Shown here: in pieces, positions 18,423-27,990 of the stretch | Numbering within the stretch: the first letter of the stretch is position 1 | Layout: every line of letters begins with the position of its first letter | Assembly (NCBI GenBank): GCA_044222185.1 | Contig: JBGANV010000003.1 | Span: forward strand, 352,001-416,000 | Length of the DNA stretch: 64,000 bases | Source: Planctomycetota bacterium | GTDB taxonomy: Bacteria; Planctomycetota; GCA-002687715; CAIWVZ01 | Direction of reading: 5' to 3' | Position numbers and translations under genes: made by a program | The notes under the pieces: generated by a model | The model's input: only the letters and a program-made list of their open reading frames with translations | Databases searched by the model: none | Told to the model about the DNA's origin: nothing

Positions 18423-19342
18423 ACCGCCTGCTCATCGCGTGTGCGCTCCTCGTTGCGACGTCCGCGGCGCCTGCGCAGGACACGCCGGCAAAGACCGCGG
18501 ATGCGGTCATTCGCAAGTACGACACCAACCACGATGGCTACGTCGGTTACGACGAGCTGAAGGACCCCGAACTCCTCAAGAAGTACGACAAGAACGGCGA
18601 TAGGCGCATCACGGCTGCGGACTTCCTGGCGGCCGAAAAGCTCGGTGGCGGCAAGAACGAGATGATGATGACCCTCGCGCTCGAGTACGAGGGATTCCAA
18701 TCGATCACCAAGTTCGACACGAACAAGGACGGAAGCTTCGACGCCGCCGAGTTGCGCTTCCTGTTGTTCACCATCTGCAGCCGCGATCGGGATCAAGTCA
18801 TCACCGAACGCGAGGCGCGGGTGTCCCCCGTCCCACCGGCGGCCGGCGCGCTCCTGACCGAGGGCTGGTTGTTTCGCGAGTTCAAGGCGCTCGACGGCGA
18901 CGGGGACGAACTGATCACGATGAAGGAGTTCCGAGTCCCCGAAGCGTGGATGAAGGCCCTCGACAAGAACCGCGACGGGAGGATCTCGTTCGACGAGTTC
19001 GCGCACGCGCAGGTCGACGCCATGGGCGGCTACATCGCGAAATACGGTGAGCTGTTCGTGGCTCTCGGGCAGCGGCAGAAGGTCGATCGCGCCAATTGGA
19101 CGGGCGACGTCGCCATGTTCAACCGGATGGACGAAAACAACGACCAGGTGGTGACGCTCCAGGAGTTCGACCGATACGCGCGAAGCCTCCGGACGGTGCT
19201 CGGGCTCGCATCCGACTTCGTCACACGCTTCGACATCGACGGGGATGGCAAGGTCGCCCGAATCGAGTTCCCAGGCAATGACACCATGTTCAGCAGGATG
19301 GACCGCAATGGCGATGGCTTCATCGCGGCGAACGACCGCTGA
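18419..19342 (+). CDS. Secreted multi-EF-hand calcium-binding protein
   Basis: ATGA overlap with the cytochrome stop; signal peptide MNRLLIACALLVATSAAPAQ; about nine EF loops (DTNHDGYVGYDE, DKNGDRRITAAD, DTNKDGSFDAAE, DGDGDELITMKE, DKNRDGRISFDE, DENNDQVVTLQE, DIDGDGKVARIE, DRNGDGFI...). Confidence 0.9.
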   Translation: MNRLLIACALLVATSAAPAQDTPAKTADAVIRKYDTNHDGYVGYDELKDPELLKKYDKNGDRRITAADFLAAEKLGGGKNEMMMTLALEYEGFQSITKFDTNKDGSFDAAELRFLLFTICSRDRDQVITEREARVSPVPPAAGALLTEGWLFREFKALDGDGDELITMKEFRVPEAWMKALDKNRDGRISFDEFAHAQVDAMGGYIAKYGELFVALGQRQKVDRANWTGDVAMFNRMDENNDQVVTLQEFDRYARSLRTVLGLASDFVTRFDIDGDGKVARIEFPGNDTMFSRMDRNGDGFIAANDR

Positions 19343-19424
19343 ACTGCCGCGCCTCGCGTCCACGTCCGGGCTCGGCGCGCGGCGTACCGGAGAGACTCTC
19401 GTGCATTCACGTCCCCGCGCAGCC

Positions 19425-20741
19425 ATGCTCTTCCTCGCGCTCGCAACGTCATGGGCGACGCTGGCACAGGATCCGGGCGTCACGACCTCGGAAGACGTGG
19501 GCACGGCAAGAGTGGTCGTCGTTTGCGCGCCGACGCTCCCGAAACAGGCGCTCTTCGCCTGCCTTCCGATTGGGCTCCTCACCGACGATGCGGGAGCCGC
19601 GCAGTTCGCTCACCTGCTGGAACACATGTTGATCCGGTCGGTCGATCCGGGCGGCCTGGAGGTCGACGGCCAGGCCATCAACGGGGAGACGAACGGATCC
19701 CTCGTGCGATTCGAAGTGATCGGCCCTCCGTCCAAACTCACGGAGATGGCCGGCCGGCTTCACCGATGGCTTGCGGCGCGCGAGTTCTCGCCGCGCGTCC
19801 TCGAGACCGAGAAGCTCCGGATCCAAGAGGAGGAGCAGTCGACGGTCGCGGGGGGATTTGCCGCGAAGTGGGCGTCCGCGGCCTGGTCGCAGGTCGTGCT
19901 CCACGGGCGATCCCACGCCGCCGTTCACGGAGACGTCGCGCAGGCGTCGGCTCCGGCGCTCGCCGCCTACGCTGCCGCACGCGTCCGCCTCGATCGGCCA
20001 TTCACCATCCTCGCCGTCGGACCGTCCCGCCACGACGAGGTCGTCGGAGCGATCCGGTCGGCGTTCCCGCCGGCGGATGCCCAGCCCGGGCGGGGCGCCG
20101 TCGATGCCGAATCTCGCACCGCGACGCGACCGGAAACGCGACCCACGCGGACCGCCATCGCAGCCACGTGGGACCTGGACGTCCGCCACCGCCTCGATTG
20201 GATCGTCGTTCGAGTCGGGTCGGCCGCAGATCGCCTGGCGGCGGCGGCCGTCGCGCAGGAACTGCAGCGAATGGCCGCGATGCGTTCACGCGCGGGCAAT
20301 GCTCCCATGATCCTCACTTCAGCCGACGCGTTCGCGCCCGACCGGATCCTCCTCGCCGCGGGCGCGAGCTATCGGACCGACGCCGAGGGTGATTCGATCT
20401 CCACCCGCCTCGCGTCGCTCGCCAATGCGTTGGGGAAGGTCGCGAAGAGCACCCTCTGGAACGGCCGGGCCGAACTGGTGCTGAAAGAGGTCGCCGGACC
20501 AGATCTCACACTCGCGGCCTCATCCACGGCTCTCGCCTCGATGCCGAAACGGGTGCGCGACCTCGCCGGCATCAACATGGCCCTCGGCGCGATGGTGCCC
20601 TATCTGGGAGTGGGTGCGACGCCCGCGACGCGCTCGGGTGTCGATGCCGCAGACGTTGCCGCTGCCATGAAGGCCATCGCAGCGGATTTCGCGTCGGCCG
20701 AGTCACGTGGCTCGTTGACGCTCACGCCGGTCGGCAAGTGA
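19425..20741 (+). CDS. Secreted M16 (insulinase)-like zinc peptidase
   Basis: Inverted zinc motif HLLEH, INGET, downstream ETEKLRIQEEE; signal-like N-terminus; start uncertain (GTG 19401 is possible). Confidence 0.65.
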   Translation: MLFLALATSWATLAQDPGVTTSEDVGTARVVVVCAPTLPKQALFACLPIGLLTDDAGAAQFAHLLEHMLIRSVDPGGLEVDGQAINGETNGSLVRFEVIGPPSKLTEMAGRLHRWLAAREFSPRVLETEKLRIQEEEQSTVAGGFAAKWASAAWSQVVLHGRSHAAVHGDVAQASAPALAAYAAARVRLDRPFTILAVGPSRHDEVVGAIRSAFPPADAQPGRGAVDAESRTATRPETRPTRTAIAATWDLDVRHRLDWIVVRVGSAADRLAAAAVAQELQRMAAMRSRAGNAPMILTSADAFAPDRILLAAGASYRTDAEGDSISTRLASLANALGKVAKSTLWNGRAELVLKEVAGPDLTLAASSTALASMPKRVRDLAGINMALGAMVPYLGVGATPATRSGVDAADVAAAMKAIAADFASAESRGSLTLTPVGK

Positions 20742-20796
20742 CGCGGCCCAACCGTCGCCCTCGTGCCGCCGCGGCCGCGGCGTATGATCTCGCCCC

Positions 20797-21759
20797 GTGG
20801 AACCGATCTTCCCGCGTGCGCTGAAACCCGGTGACAAAGTCGCCGTCGTCTCCCCCGCCGGCCCGCTCCGCGAGCGCGAACCGCTCGACGCCGGCATCAA
20901 GCGCCTGAAGAAGTGGAACCTGGAACCCGTGCTGATGAAGCACGCCCTGGACAGCTTCGGGTACCTGGCGGGACAGGACGCAACCCGCATCCTCGATCTC
21001 CAAGCGGCGATCGACGACCCGAAGATGCGGGCCATCTTCTGCACCCGCGGTGGCTACGGAATCACGCGGCTGCTCGGCAAGCTCGACCTCACGGCGCTGC
21101 GCACCGACCCGCGCCCCGTGATCGGCTACAGCGACATCACGGCGTTGCTCCTGGCCATCCGGCAGATGACCGGTCTCGTGTCGTTCCACGGACCCATGGT
21201 CGCGACGGGCCAGGGCTGGGCCTTCGACGCGAGGACGGAGGAACTTCAGCGAAGCCTCCTGTTCGATGCCCAGAAGGAACGCGTGATGCCGCTCGATACG
21301 ACGGAGCCGGCACCGCACGTCATGGTGCGCGGAATCGCAGAGGGACCGCTCGTCGGTGGCAACCTGTCGCTCCTCGCGGCTCTTCAGGGAACGGCATGGG
21401 CGCCGGACATGGCAGGTGCCATTGCCTTCATCGAAGACACCGAGGAGGCTCCGTATCGGATCGATCGCATGCTCACGCAGCTCATCCAGACGGGCTTCTT
21501 CAACCGCGCGGCGGGCGTGATCCTGGGGGACTTCCACAAATCCGATGCGCCCTCCGGGACGGAAGCCACCGACTTGAAGTGGGTTCTGCAGGACCGCCTG
21601 GGGACGCTGAAGATTCCTGTCGCGTACGGATTTCCATTCGGGCACCGGGGGCGCGCGTGGACGATCCCGGTCGGCGTCCGCGCGACGCTCGTCGCGAACG
21701 ATCCAGCCCGTCCCCCGCAGTTGACGCTGACGCAGGCCGCAGTCCAGACGCGTCGGTGA
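20797..21759 (+). CDS. ldcA: LD-carboxypeptidase (peptidase S66)
   Basis: LKPGDKVAVVSPAGP, CTRGGYG, IGYSDITAL, FHGPM, GGNLS, FIED, PFGH. Confidence 0.9.
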   Translation: MEPIFPRALKPGDKVAVVSPAGPLREREPLDAGIKRLKKWNLEPVLMKHALDSFGYLAGQDATRILDLQAAIDDPKMRAIFCTRGGYGITRLLGKLDLTALRTDPRPVIGYSDITALLLAIRQMTGLVSFHGPMVATGQGWAFDARTEELQRSLLFDAQKERVMPLDTTEPAPHVMVRGIAEGPLVGGNLSLLAALQGTAWAPDMAGAIAFIEDTEEAPYRIDRMLTQLIQTGFFNRAAGVILGDFHKSDAPSGTEATDLKWVLQDRLGTLKIPVAYGFPFGHRGRAWTIPVGVRATLVANDPARPPQLTLTQAAVQTRR

Positions 21760-22006
21760 CCGCGCTGCGGACGTGCCGCGCACGTCACCATGGCCGGACG
21801 CGATCTCATGTCCGCGAACAGGAAACGGCCATCGACGTCCGATAGCTCTCGCATCAGGCGTTCGAGCGAAAAGCGGCCGATGTTGGCTCAATTTCGCGCA
21901 CTTTTCCCGTGGTAGTCTCGGTCGATCGCGCGTCGGCACCCCATTGAGGACCGGTGTGTGGCCGCGGCTCGCCGCGGCACCCCGCACAACTCGGAAGTAG
22001 TTTTTC

Positions 22007-23857
22007 ATGAGAGTTCTCCTCTCGCACTCGGACTTTGCGCCCGCATCGCTGGCGCTCGTCAACGTGAAGGGGTTCGCGCTCGCAGATGCACAGGTCCGCG
22101 ACGCTACTTCGATCGAGATCCTGACGTCGCACGTCTCGGAGGACCCGACGGCGTACGTCGAGCGGTTGGCCGACGTGGCCCGTCGTCACGCCCCGGACGT
22201 CGTCGGGCTCTCCGTCTACATCTGGTCGCGCGACCGCATGTACGAGGCCACGCGCCGCGTGCGCGAGATCCTCCCCGACGCCTTGATCGTCTGGGGAGGG
22301 CCGGACGTCTCCGACGCCGACTACGCGCTGGAGCTGATGCAGGAGAACCCGGGCGTCGACGTGATCGTCCGCGACGAAGGCGAACAGACGTTCCGCCGCC
22401 TCCTCCGTCACCGGCTCGGGGTCGGCTCACCGCTCGCGGAGATCCGAGGGATCACGTGGCGTGATCGCGCGACGGGCCGGATCGAGTCCACCGGCACCGT
22501 CGACTTCCTCCAGAACCTGGACGAGATCCCATCGCTCATGGACTCGCCGGACATCGACGTCAGCAAGGTCGACTCGCTCGCGATCGAGACGTTCCGCGGC
22601 TGCTACATGGGCTGCAACTACTGCTACTGGGGCGGGACCACGCGGCGCGCCTTCTCCGATTCGCGCGTCTACTCCGACCTCGGCAGGATTCTCGCGCTCC
22701 CGAACGTCAAGAACCTGTGGTTCTTCGACTCCATGTTCGGATACAAGAAACAAGCGGCGAAGGACATCCTGCGCTTCATCATCGCCCGAAAGAGCCCCGG
22801 GCTCTCCATCACCTTCTTCCCGAACCTCGACTTCCTCGACGAAGAGCTTTGCTCTCTGTTCCGCGAAGCCAACGTCTACATCGAGGTCGGCATCCAGACG
22901 ACGAACGCGGCCGCGTACGAGAACCTGAACCGCAAGTGGGATCGCCCGTTCCTCGACAAGAAGATCCCTCTCCTCGAGCAGTACGGCCTGAAGTCGAACG
23001 CCCAGCAACTGATCCTCGGCCTCCCGGGCGACGACCTGCGCGGGTTCCGCGCGTCCATCGACTACGCGTTCGCCACCAACCCGGAGTGCATCTACGTCTT
23101 CCCGTTCTCGCTGCTGCCGGCGACCGGTTTCTGGCGAAGGCGGAACGAGTTCGGACTGAAGATCGACGGTCAATTCCGGATCGTCTACGAATCGACGACG
23201 TTCAGCGAGTCCGACATGATCACTGGCGGCCTCATCATGGTCGGCGCCAAGTGGTACGGGAGATTCCCCGGCCTCGCTCAACGCGCAGTGAAACTCCTCG
23301 GCGTGAGCGCCTCCGAACTGTTCGAACGGTTCGGGATGACGTTCGCGGCCGACGTCTGGGGGTTGCCGCTGAAGCCGGAGCACTCCCCAGCGCTCCGGCG
23401 AAAGCTGCTCCTCCAGGCGTTCCCGGAGCATGACGAGCAGTACCTCGTCGCAGAAGCCCTCCGGCGCACGGTGGCTCGATACTTCGGAGGACGCGGGTTC
23501 GAAGCCGTGATCGACGAGATGATCCGGCACGAGCAGTTCCTGAACACGGATCAGATCCTCGTCGACGGCGTCTCCGATCCGGCGTCGGTCACGGCCGCGA
23601 TCGAGACCTGGCGCTCGCACCCCGACGCCGCGCCTCTGACGGAGGTGGCCCTGGACGTGTTCCACCCGCAGCCCCCCGGGCCGGCGGCACCATCCCCGTG
23701 GGCGCCGATCCACTTCCTCGCCTACCCGCTCCCGGCCCCACGCGACTTCTTCAAGAAGGACCGCCCCAGGTATCAGATCGTCGTGTTCCGAGACGGCCCG
23801 CCGTCGACGATCACGCGAACGCCACGACGGCGCGCGGTTCCGGCACGAGCCCGGTGA
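22007..23857 (+). CDS. Cobalamin-binding radical SAM protein
   Basis: B12-binding region PDVVGLSVYIW...IVWGGPDVS...RDEGE; ETFRGCYMGCNYC (CxxxCxxC); EVGIQTTN; LILGLPGD. Confidence 0.9.
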   Translation: MRVLLSHSDFAPASLALVNVKGFALADAQVRDATSIEILTSHVSEDPTAYVERLADVARRHAPDVVGLSVYIWSRDRMYEATRRVREILPDALIVWGGPDVSDADYALELMQENPGVDVIVRDEGEQTFRRLLRHRLGVGSPLAEIRGITWRDRATGRIESTGTVDFLQNLDEIPSLMDSPDIDVSKVDSLAIETFRGCYMGCNYCYWGGTTRRAFSDSRVYSDLGRILALPNVKNLWFFDSMFGYKKQAAKDILRFIIARKSPGLSITFFPNLDFLDEELCSLFREANVYIEVGIQTTNAAAYENLNRKWDRPFLDKKIPLLEQYGLKSNAQQLILGLPGDDLRGFRASIDYAFATNPECIYVFPFSLLPATGFWRRRNEFGLKIDGQFRIVYESTTFSESDMITGGLIMVGAKWYGRFPGLAQRAVKLLGVSASELFERFGMTFAADVWGLPLKPEHSPALRRKLLLQAFPEHDEQYLVAEALRRTVARYFGGRGFEAVIDEMIRHEQFLNTDQILVDGVSDPASVTAAIETWRSHPDAAPLTEVALDVFHPQPPGPAAPSPWAPIHFLAYPLPAPRDFFKKDRPRYQIVVFRDGPPSTITRTPRRRAVPARAR

Positions 23858-23982
23858 CACCAGGGCGCGCGTTCTGAGGTCCTCGACCGCGGACACGCGC
23901 GCCGAGTCCAAAGCGCAAGCCCCGTTATGATCCCGCCCATGTTCCGCACTCCCGCCCACGCGAACGGCCGAGCCCGGACCTC

Positions 23983-25482
23983 GTGACGGCGCCGCAGCCC
24001 AGAGACTCCAGGGCGATCGCATCCAGCCGAGCGATCGTCCTCGCCGCCGTGCTCCTCGCGACCGGACTCGCGCTCCATGGGATCTCGGACGCCTGGGAGG
24101 AGGGTTTCCGCGGCATCAACGGCGGCTTCTACCACGGCAACTTCGTCCGCCATTACCTCGAAGCCGGTCTTGCGGCGACGCACGGCGCCGCCGCGATCAA
24201 GTCGATCCCGGGCAATCCGCCCACGCTCTTCTTCGACCATCACCACCCCACGGGTTATCCGCTCGCGCTGGCCGCCGCCGCAGCCGTGTTCGGCCTCTCC
24301 GAACTCACGCTGCGGGTTACCGCATTGCTGATGTTCCTGCCGGCCGTCGTCGGCCTTGCCGCCCTCGCGCGGCGATTCGGCGGCGGGCAGCGCTCGGGCG
24401 TCGCGGCGCTCCTCCTCGTGCTGTTCCCGCTCGGTGGCTACTGGGGGCCCATGGTGAGCGCCGACGGCGGCGTACTCTCGGCAGGCCTGTGGACGCTCGT
24501 GCTGTTCGTCGACCAGGTGCGCGCCCCAGCCCGGTGGCGCGGCCTCGCACTCGCGCTCCTGTACGTCGTCGGCGGCTCCCTCGACTGGGGCTATCACTTC
24601 TTCGGCGCCGCCTGCTTCCTCATCGCCTGGTTGCTGCCCGAGCGACGGCGGGCGCTGATCACGGTTGCCGCGCTCGCGGTCGTGAGCTGCGTCCCCATCG
24701 GCATCTGGGCCGTCCAGGGAATCGCCGTGTACGGTTCGGTGAAAGGGCTGGGGGCAGCGCTCGAAACCATCTTCGACCACTCAGCACGAACGAGTCCGAC
24801 GCTCGGAGTCTTCGCCGGAACGGTGGGAGGGTACGCGTGGAAGTGGATCACGTGGCCGGGCCTGGCGGCGCTCGCGCTGGGACTCGTCCTGGGCTGGAGG
24901 CGACGGAGTGACGGGACTCCCGATCCATTGCCGCGGCTCGCAGCCATCCTGATCGTGCCCGGCGTCCTGATGTGCACGTTCCTCCCCGGACACGCGGTGG
25001 TGCACGACTTCTGGATCCTGCACTCCCTGCCGGGCGTGGCACTGTTCGCGGCGTGCGGCATCGACGCCGTCGCCCGACGCTTCGGAGCGCAGGCGACGAC
25101 CGTCGCGATCGTGCTCACGCTCGCAGCCGGCGTACCGGGCGGCGTCCGCACCTGGGTGGCGGTCGAGGAACACAGGACGACGCGGTTTCGAGACACGGCC
25201 GCGCTCGTCAGCAGTCTCCTCGAGCCCGGCGACATCGTCTGCACGACGGCGTCATTCGACATCGAGAGCTACTACATCCCGACGTTCGTCTTCCCATTCC
25301 AGCAGACGGTCGAGGCATTCGATTTGGCCGTGAAAGGGCTGGCGCTCCTGCCGCCGGGCGTGAAGCGGATGGTCTACGTGATGGGGCCCGAATGGGCGGG
25401 GAGCGCGCTCGACCAGTCGATCGCAGCCCGCTACCCTCGCGAAGTCCATGGGGGATGGATCGTCTACAGGGTCCCCCGCTGA
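23983..25482 (+). CDS. GT-C fold (ArnT/PMT, family 39-like) polytopic glycosyltransferase
   Basis: Many TM helices; DHHHPTGYPL...FGLSELTLR pattern typical of ArnT/PMT-like enzymes. Confidence 0.7.
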   Translation: MTAPQPRDSRAIASSRAIVLAAVLLATGLALHGISDAWEEGFRGINGGFYHGNFVRHYLEAGLAATHGAAAIKSIPGNPPTLFFDHHHPTGYPLALAAAAAVFGLSELTLRVTALLMFLPAVVGLAALARRFGGGQRSGVAALLLVLFPLGGYWGPMVSADGGVLSAGLWTLVLFVDQVRAPARWRGLALALLYVVGGSLDWGYHFFGAACFLIAWLLPERRRALITVAALAVVSCVPIGIWAVQGIAVYGSVKGLGAALETIFDHSARTSPTLGVFAGTVGGYAWKWITWPGLAALALGLVLGWRRRSDGTPDPLPRLAAILIVPGVLMCTFLPGHAVVHDFWILHSLPGVALFAACGIDAVARRFGAQATTVAIVLTLAAGVPGGVRTWVAVEEHRTTRFRDTAALVSSLLEPGDIVCTTASFDIESYYIPTFVFPFQQTVEAFDLAVKGLALLPPGVKRMVYVMGPEWAGSALDQSIAARYPREVHGGWIVYRVPR

Positions 25483-25492
25483 AGGAGTCGCC

Positions 25493-26257
25493 ATGGCTTT
25501 CGTGACCGGGCCCAGTGGAATCCCCATCGCCTACGACCTGGACCTGGGCACCGCGGATCCCTCGACCGGGATCGTGTTCCTTCACGGCTTCGCTTCGATC
25601 CGACACGGCGAGAAGGCCGCCCTGTTGCGAGACCGCTGCCGGGTCCTCGGGTGGTCGTGCCTCGTCTTCGACGCCCGGGGACACGGCGAATCCGGCGGAA
25701 GCTTCAAGGACTTGACGGTCAGTGGCTATCTGGAGGATGCCAGGGCGGTGATCGCCGGTCCGGGAGCCGGACTCAGGCGCATCCTTCTCGTGGGATCGAG
25801 CCTCGGCGGCCTCGTCGCCCTGCACCTGGCGGCACGAACGCCGGGCGGGTTTGCGGGGTGCGTCGCCCTCGCCCCCGCCCTGCGATTCGCTGAGCGACAC
25901 CTTGCAGCGGCCGGTGCCGAAGGTGCCCGAAAGTGGCGCGAGTCGGGGGTCCGCCGGCTTCGCAACGATTGGATCGAAGTCGACGTGGGCTGGGAGTTCA
26001 TCGCGGACGGCCTGTCGTTCAAGGAAGACGAGCTGGTCGCGAAACTTGCGACGCCGACGCTCATCATCCACGGCATGCAGGACGAGGTGGTCCCCGTGCG
26101 CGGGTCCACCGACTTCGCGCTCCGGTTCGCGCGCCCCGGAGTCGACCTCGTGCTGATCGGAGAGGGCGACCACCGACTCAACACGGTGAAGGCTCGGGTC
26201 CAGTCCATCATCGAAGAGTTCGCGCACCGGCTCTTCGCCGATCCGTCCTCGCGATGA
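25493..26257 (+). CDS. Alpha/beta hydrolase
   Basis: AAGGAG RBS; FLHGF, FDARGHGES, GSSLGG nucleophile, HGMQDEVVP, GDHRL. Confidence 0.9.
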   Translation: MAFVTGPSGIPIAYDLDLGTADPSTGIVFLHGFASIRHGEKAALLRDRCRVLGWSCLVFDARGHGESGGSFKDLTVSGYLEDARAVIAGPGAGLRRILLVGSSLGGLVALHLAARTPGGFAGCVALAPALRFAERHLAAAGAEGARKWRESGVRRLRNDWIEVDVGWEFIADGLSFKEDELVAKLATPTLIIHGMQDEVVPVRGSTDFALRFARPGVDLVLIGEGDHRLNTVKARVQSIIEEFAHRLFADPSSR

Positions 26258-26403
26258 CGGCCCTCCGTGAAGCTGATACTCGCAGCCTCGTACCGCGCAC
26301 GACGTCGCCGCATGCCAAACCCCGCGGCGTCGTCAATAGGTCGGAGCGACTTTCCATCCGAGAGCGAGCGCGTGATTCCCCGCATTTTTCCATGAAAACG
26401 GGC

Positions 26404-26432
26404 TTGCCCTCCTTGGGGGACCGACCCACAAT
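26404..26432 (+). promoter_or_regulatory. Putative sigma70 promoter of the HU gene
   Basis: TTGCCC, 17-nt spacer, CACAAT. Confidence 0.45.
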
Positions 26433-26487
26433 CTGCGCGTCCAGCCGGGAAAACCGGTGTTTTCTGCTGCCTCGAAAGGGAGACGAA

Positions 26488-26805
26488 ATGGCCAACGATG
26501 GAAAGAAGCCGCTGACGAAGTCCCAGTTCCTGAACGCCCTCGCCGAGCCCACTGGGCTCTCCCGCAAGCAGGTCGCGGGCCTGATGCAGGAGCTCGGGAA
26601 CCTCATCGGCAAGCAACTGAGCAAGAAGGGTCCCGGCATCATGACGATCCCCGGCCTGATGAAGGTCAAGGTCGTTCGCAAGCCGGCGACGAAGGAGCGT
26701 GAAGGGATCAACCCGTTCACGAAGGAGAAGATCACCATCAAGGCGAAGCCGGCGCGGAACGTCGTCAAATGCGTTCCCGTGAAAGCCCTGAAGGAAATGG
26801 TCTGA
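26488..26805 (+). CDS. HU-family DNA-binding protein
   Basis: AAGGGAG RBS; LTKSQFLNALAEPTGLSRKQV; KPATKEREGINPFTKEKITIKAKPA. Confidence 0.9.
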   Translation: MANDGKKPLTKSQFLNALAEPTGLSRKQVAGLMQELGNLIGKQLSKKGPGIMTIPGLMKVKVVRKPATKEREGINPFTKEKITIKAKPARNVVKCVPVKALKEMV

Positions 26806-26830
26806 TCCCCAGGAATTCCTGACGGAACTC

Positions 26831-26875
26831 GAGCGCGCCGGTCACGCAGATGCGTAGCCGGCGCGTTTGTGTTTT
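26831..26875 (+). terminator. Intrinsic terminator after HU
   Basis: GAGCGCGCCGG-TC-ACGCA-GA-TGCGT-AG-CCGGCGCGTTT followed by GTGTTTT. Confidence 0.6.
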
Positions 26876-26894
26876 CGGGCCGGGTGGCGTGCGA

Positions 26895-27425
26895 TCACTC
26901 GACGAGGATCACGCCCACGTCGTCGCCTGCGAGCACGACATCGCGCGGGTTCGTCTCGACGACACCGTCCGGACCCGCTGAGATCACCCAGAGCCGATCG
27001 CCGCTCCGGATCGCGCGCAGATTCACGAGGTACGAGCGGCCCCACGGATCGATGGGCACGGCGTCGAGGTACGGACCCTTCCACGCGGCGCCGAGTCCGA
27101 AGTCGTCGCGCACGAGCAGCGACGAGATGGGCCGGGTTCGAGAAGCCACGAGAGCGCGGCCGTTCGGCGTGACGCCCGGGCCATAGAGCACGTCGGGCCA
27201 GGACTCGCAGCGGGCGACGTCCGTGCGCGCGTCGCGCAGCGCGAACCGCATCGAGAGTCCGATCTGGTTCAAGTCCGCGAGCGCGCGGCGGCGGGATTCG
27301 GATTCGGTATCCCCGCCCAGGGTCGGGCCGACGATCGCTGCGACGACGCACGTCGCCAGCGCGAACGACAGTCCCGGCAGTACCGAGTCTCTGAATTTCC
27401 AGGGCTTCGAAGGGATTCCGGACAT
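26895..27425 (-). CDS. GspG/T2SS pseudopilin-like protein (orphan)
   Basis: C-terminal T2SSG-like motifs WKGPYLDAVPIDPWGRSY and ISAGPDG; N-terminal hydrophobic helix. Confidence 0.7.
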   Translation of the reverse strand: MSGIPSKPWKFRDSVLPGLSFALATCVVAAIVGPTLGGDTESESRRRALADLNQIGLSMRFALRDARTDVARCESWPDVLYGPGVTPNGRALVASRTRPISSLLVRDDFGLGAAWKGPYLDAVPIDPWGRSYLVNLRAIRSGDRLWVISAGPDGVVETNPRDVVLAGDDVGVILVE

Positions 27426-27471
27426 GCGCCAGCGCCGACGAACCTGCGCAACGAAGCAGGTTCCTCGCGAC

Positions 27472-27500
27472 TCATCGACGCGGCAGCCGACAGGACTTGA
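27472..27500 (-). promoter_or_regulatory. Sigma28-like promoter upstream of the GspG-like gene
   Basis: Minus strand TCAAG, 16-nt spacer, GTCGATGA. Confidence 0.5.
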
Positions 27501-27509
27501 CCGTCTCGA

Positions 27510-27908
27510 TCAATTCGCGCGCCCCTGGCCCACGAAGAACGCGGTGACGGCATTGGCGAAGCGGAACAGGAGGAAGGCCCACGCCTGGATGCGGTGACGA
27601 CGCAGCATGGGCGCTCCGCGGAGGAGCTTGCGCCCGACGACGACCTGGGCGACCCACAGGATGACGGCGGCGACGGAGACCGCGATGTGAAACTTCAGCA
27701 GCCCGGTCTTCGCGGTGGCGATCTGCTCCACGGCGCTGCGCTGCAGCTCGATCAGCACCACCAGCAAGAGGTCGGTGATGAAGCACCCCATCATGATCCG
27801 CACGTGGAGCTGACGCTGCTTGTGAAGCAGGACACCGACGAGGATCACGACGAACGTGGCGGCACCGGCCACGTCGAAGAACGTGCGAGGGATTCCCAGG
27901 TCCAGCAT
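27510..27908 (-). CDS. Small membrane protein, DUF420-like
   Basis: Four hydrophobic helices with conserved-looking His residues (HVRIMMGCF, KFHIAVS, RRHR). Confidence 0.65.
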   Translation of the reverse strand: MLDLGIPRTFFDVAGAATFVVILVGVLLHKQRQLHVRIMMGCFITDLLLVVLIELQRSAVEQIATAKTGLLKFHIAVSVAAVILWVAQVVVGRKLLRGAPMLRRHRIQAWAFLLFRFANAVTAFFVGQGRAN

Positions 27909-27990
27909 GAGGCGCGGATGCTAACCCGCGGCGGAGGGTTTCCGCACGCGCGTGCCGCTCTTTTCGACGGGTGGCTGAGGGCCGGTGCGA

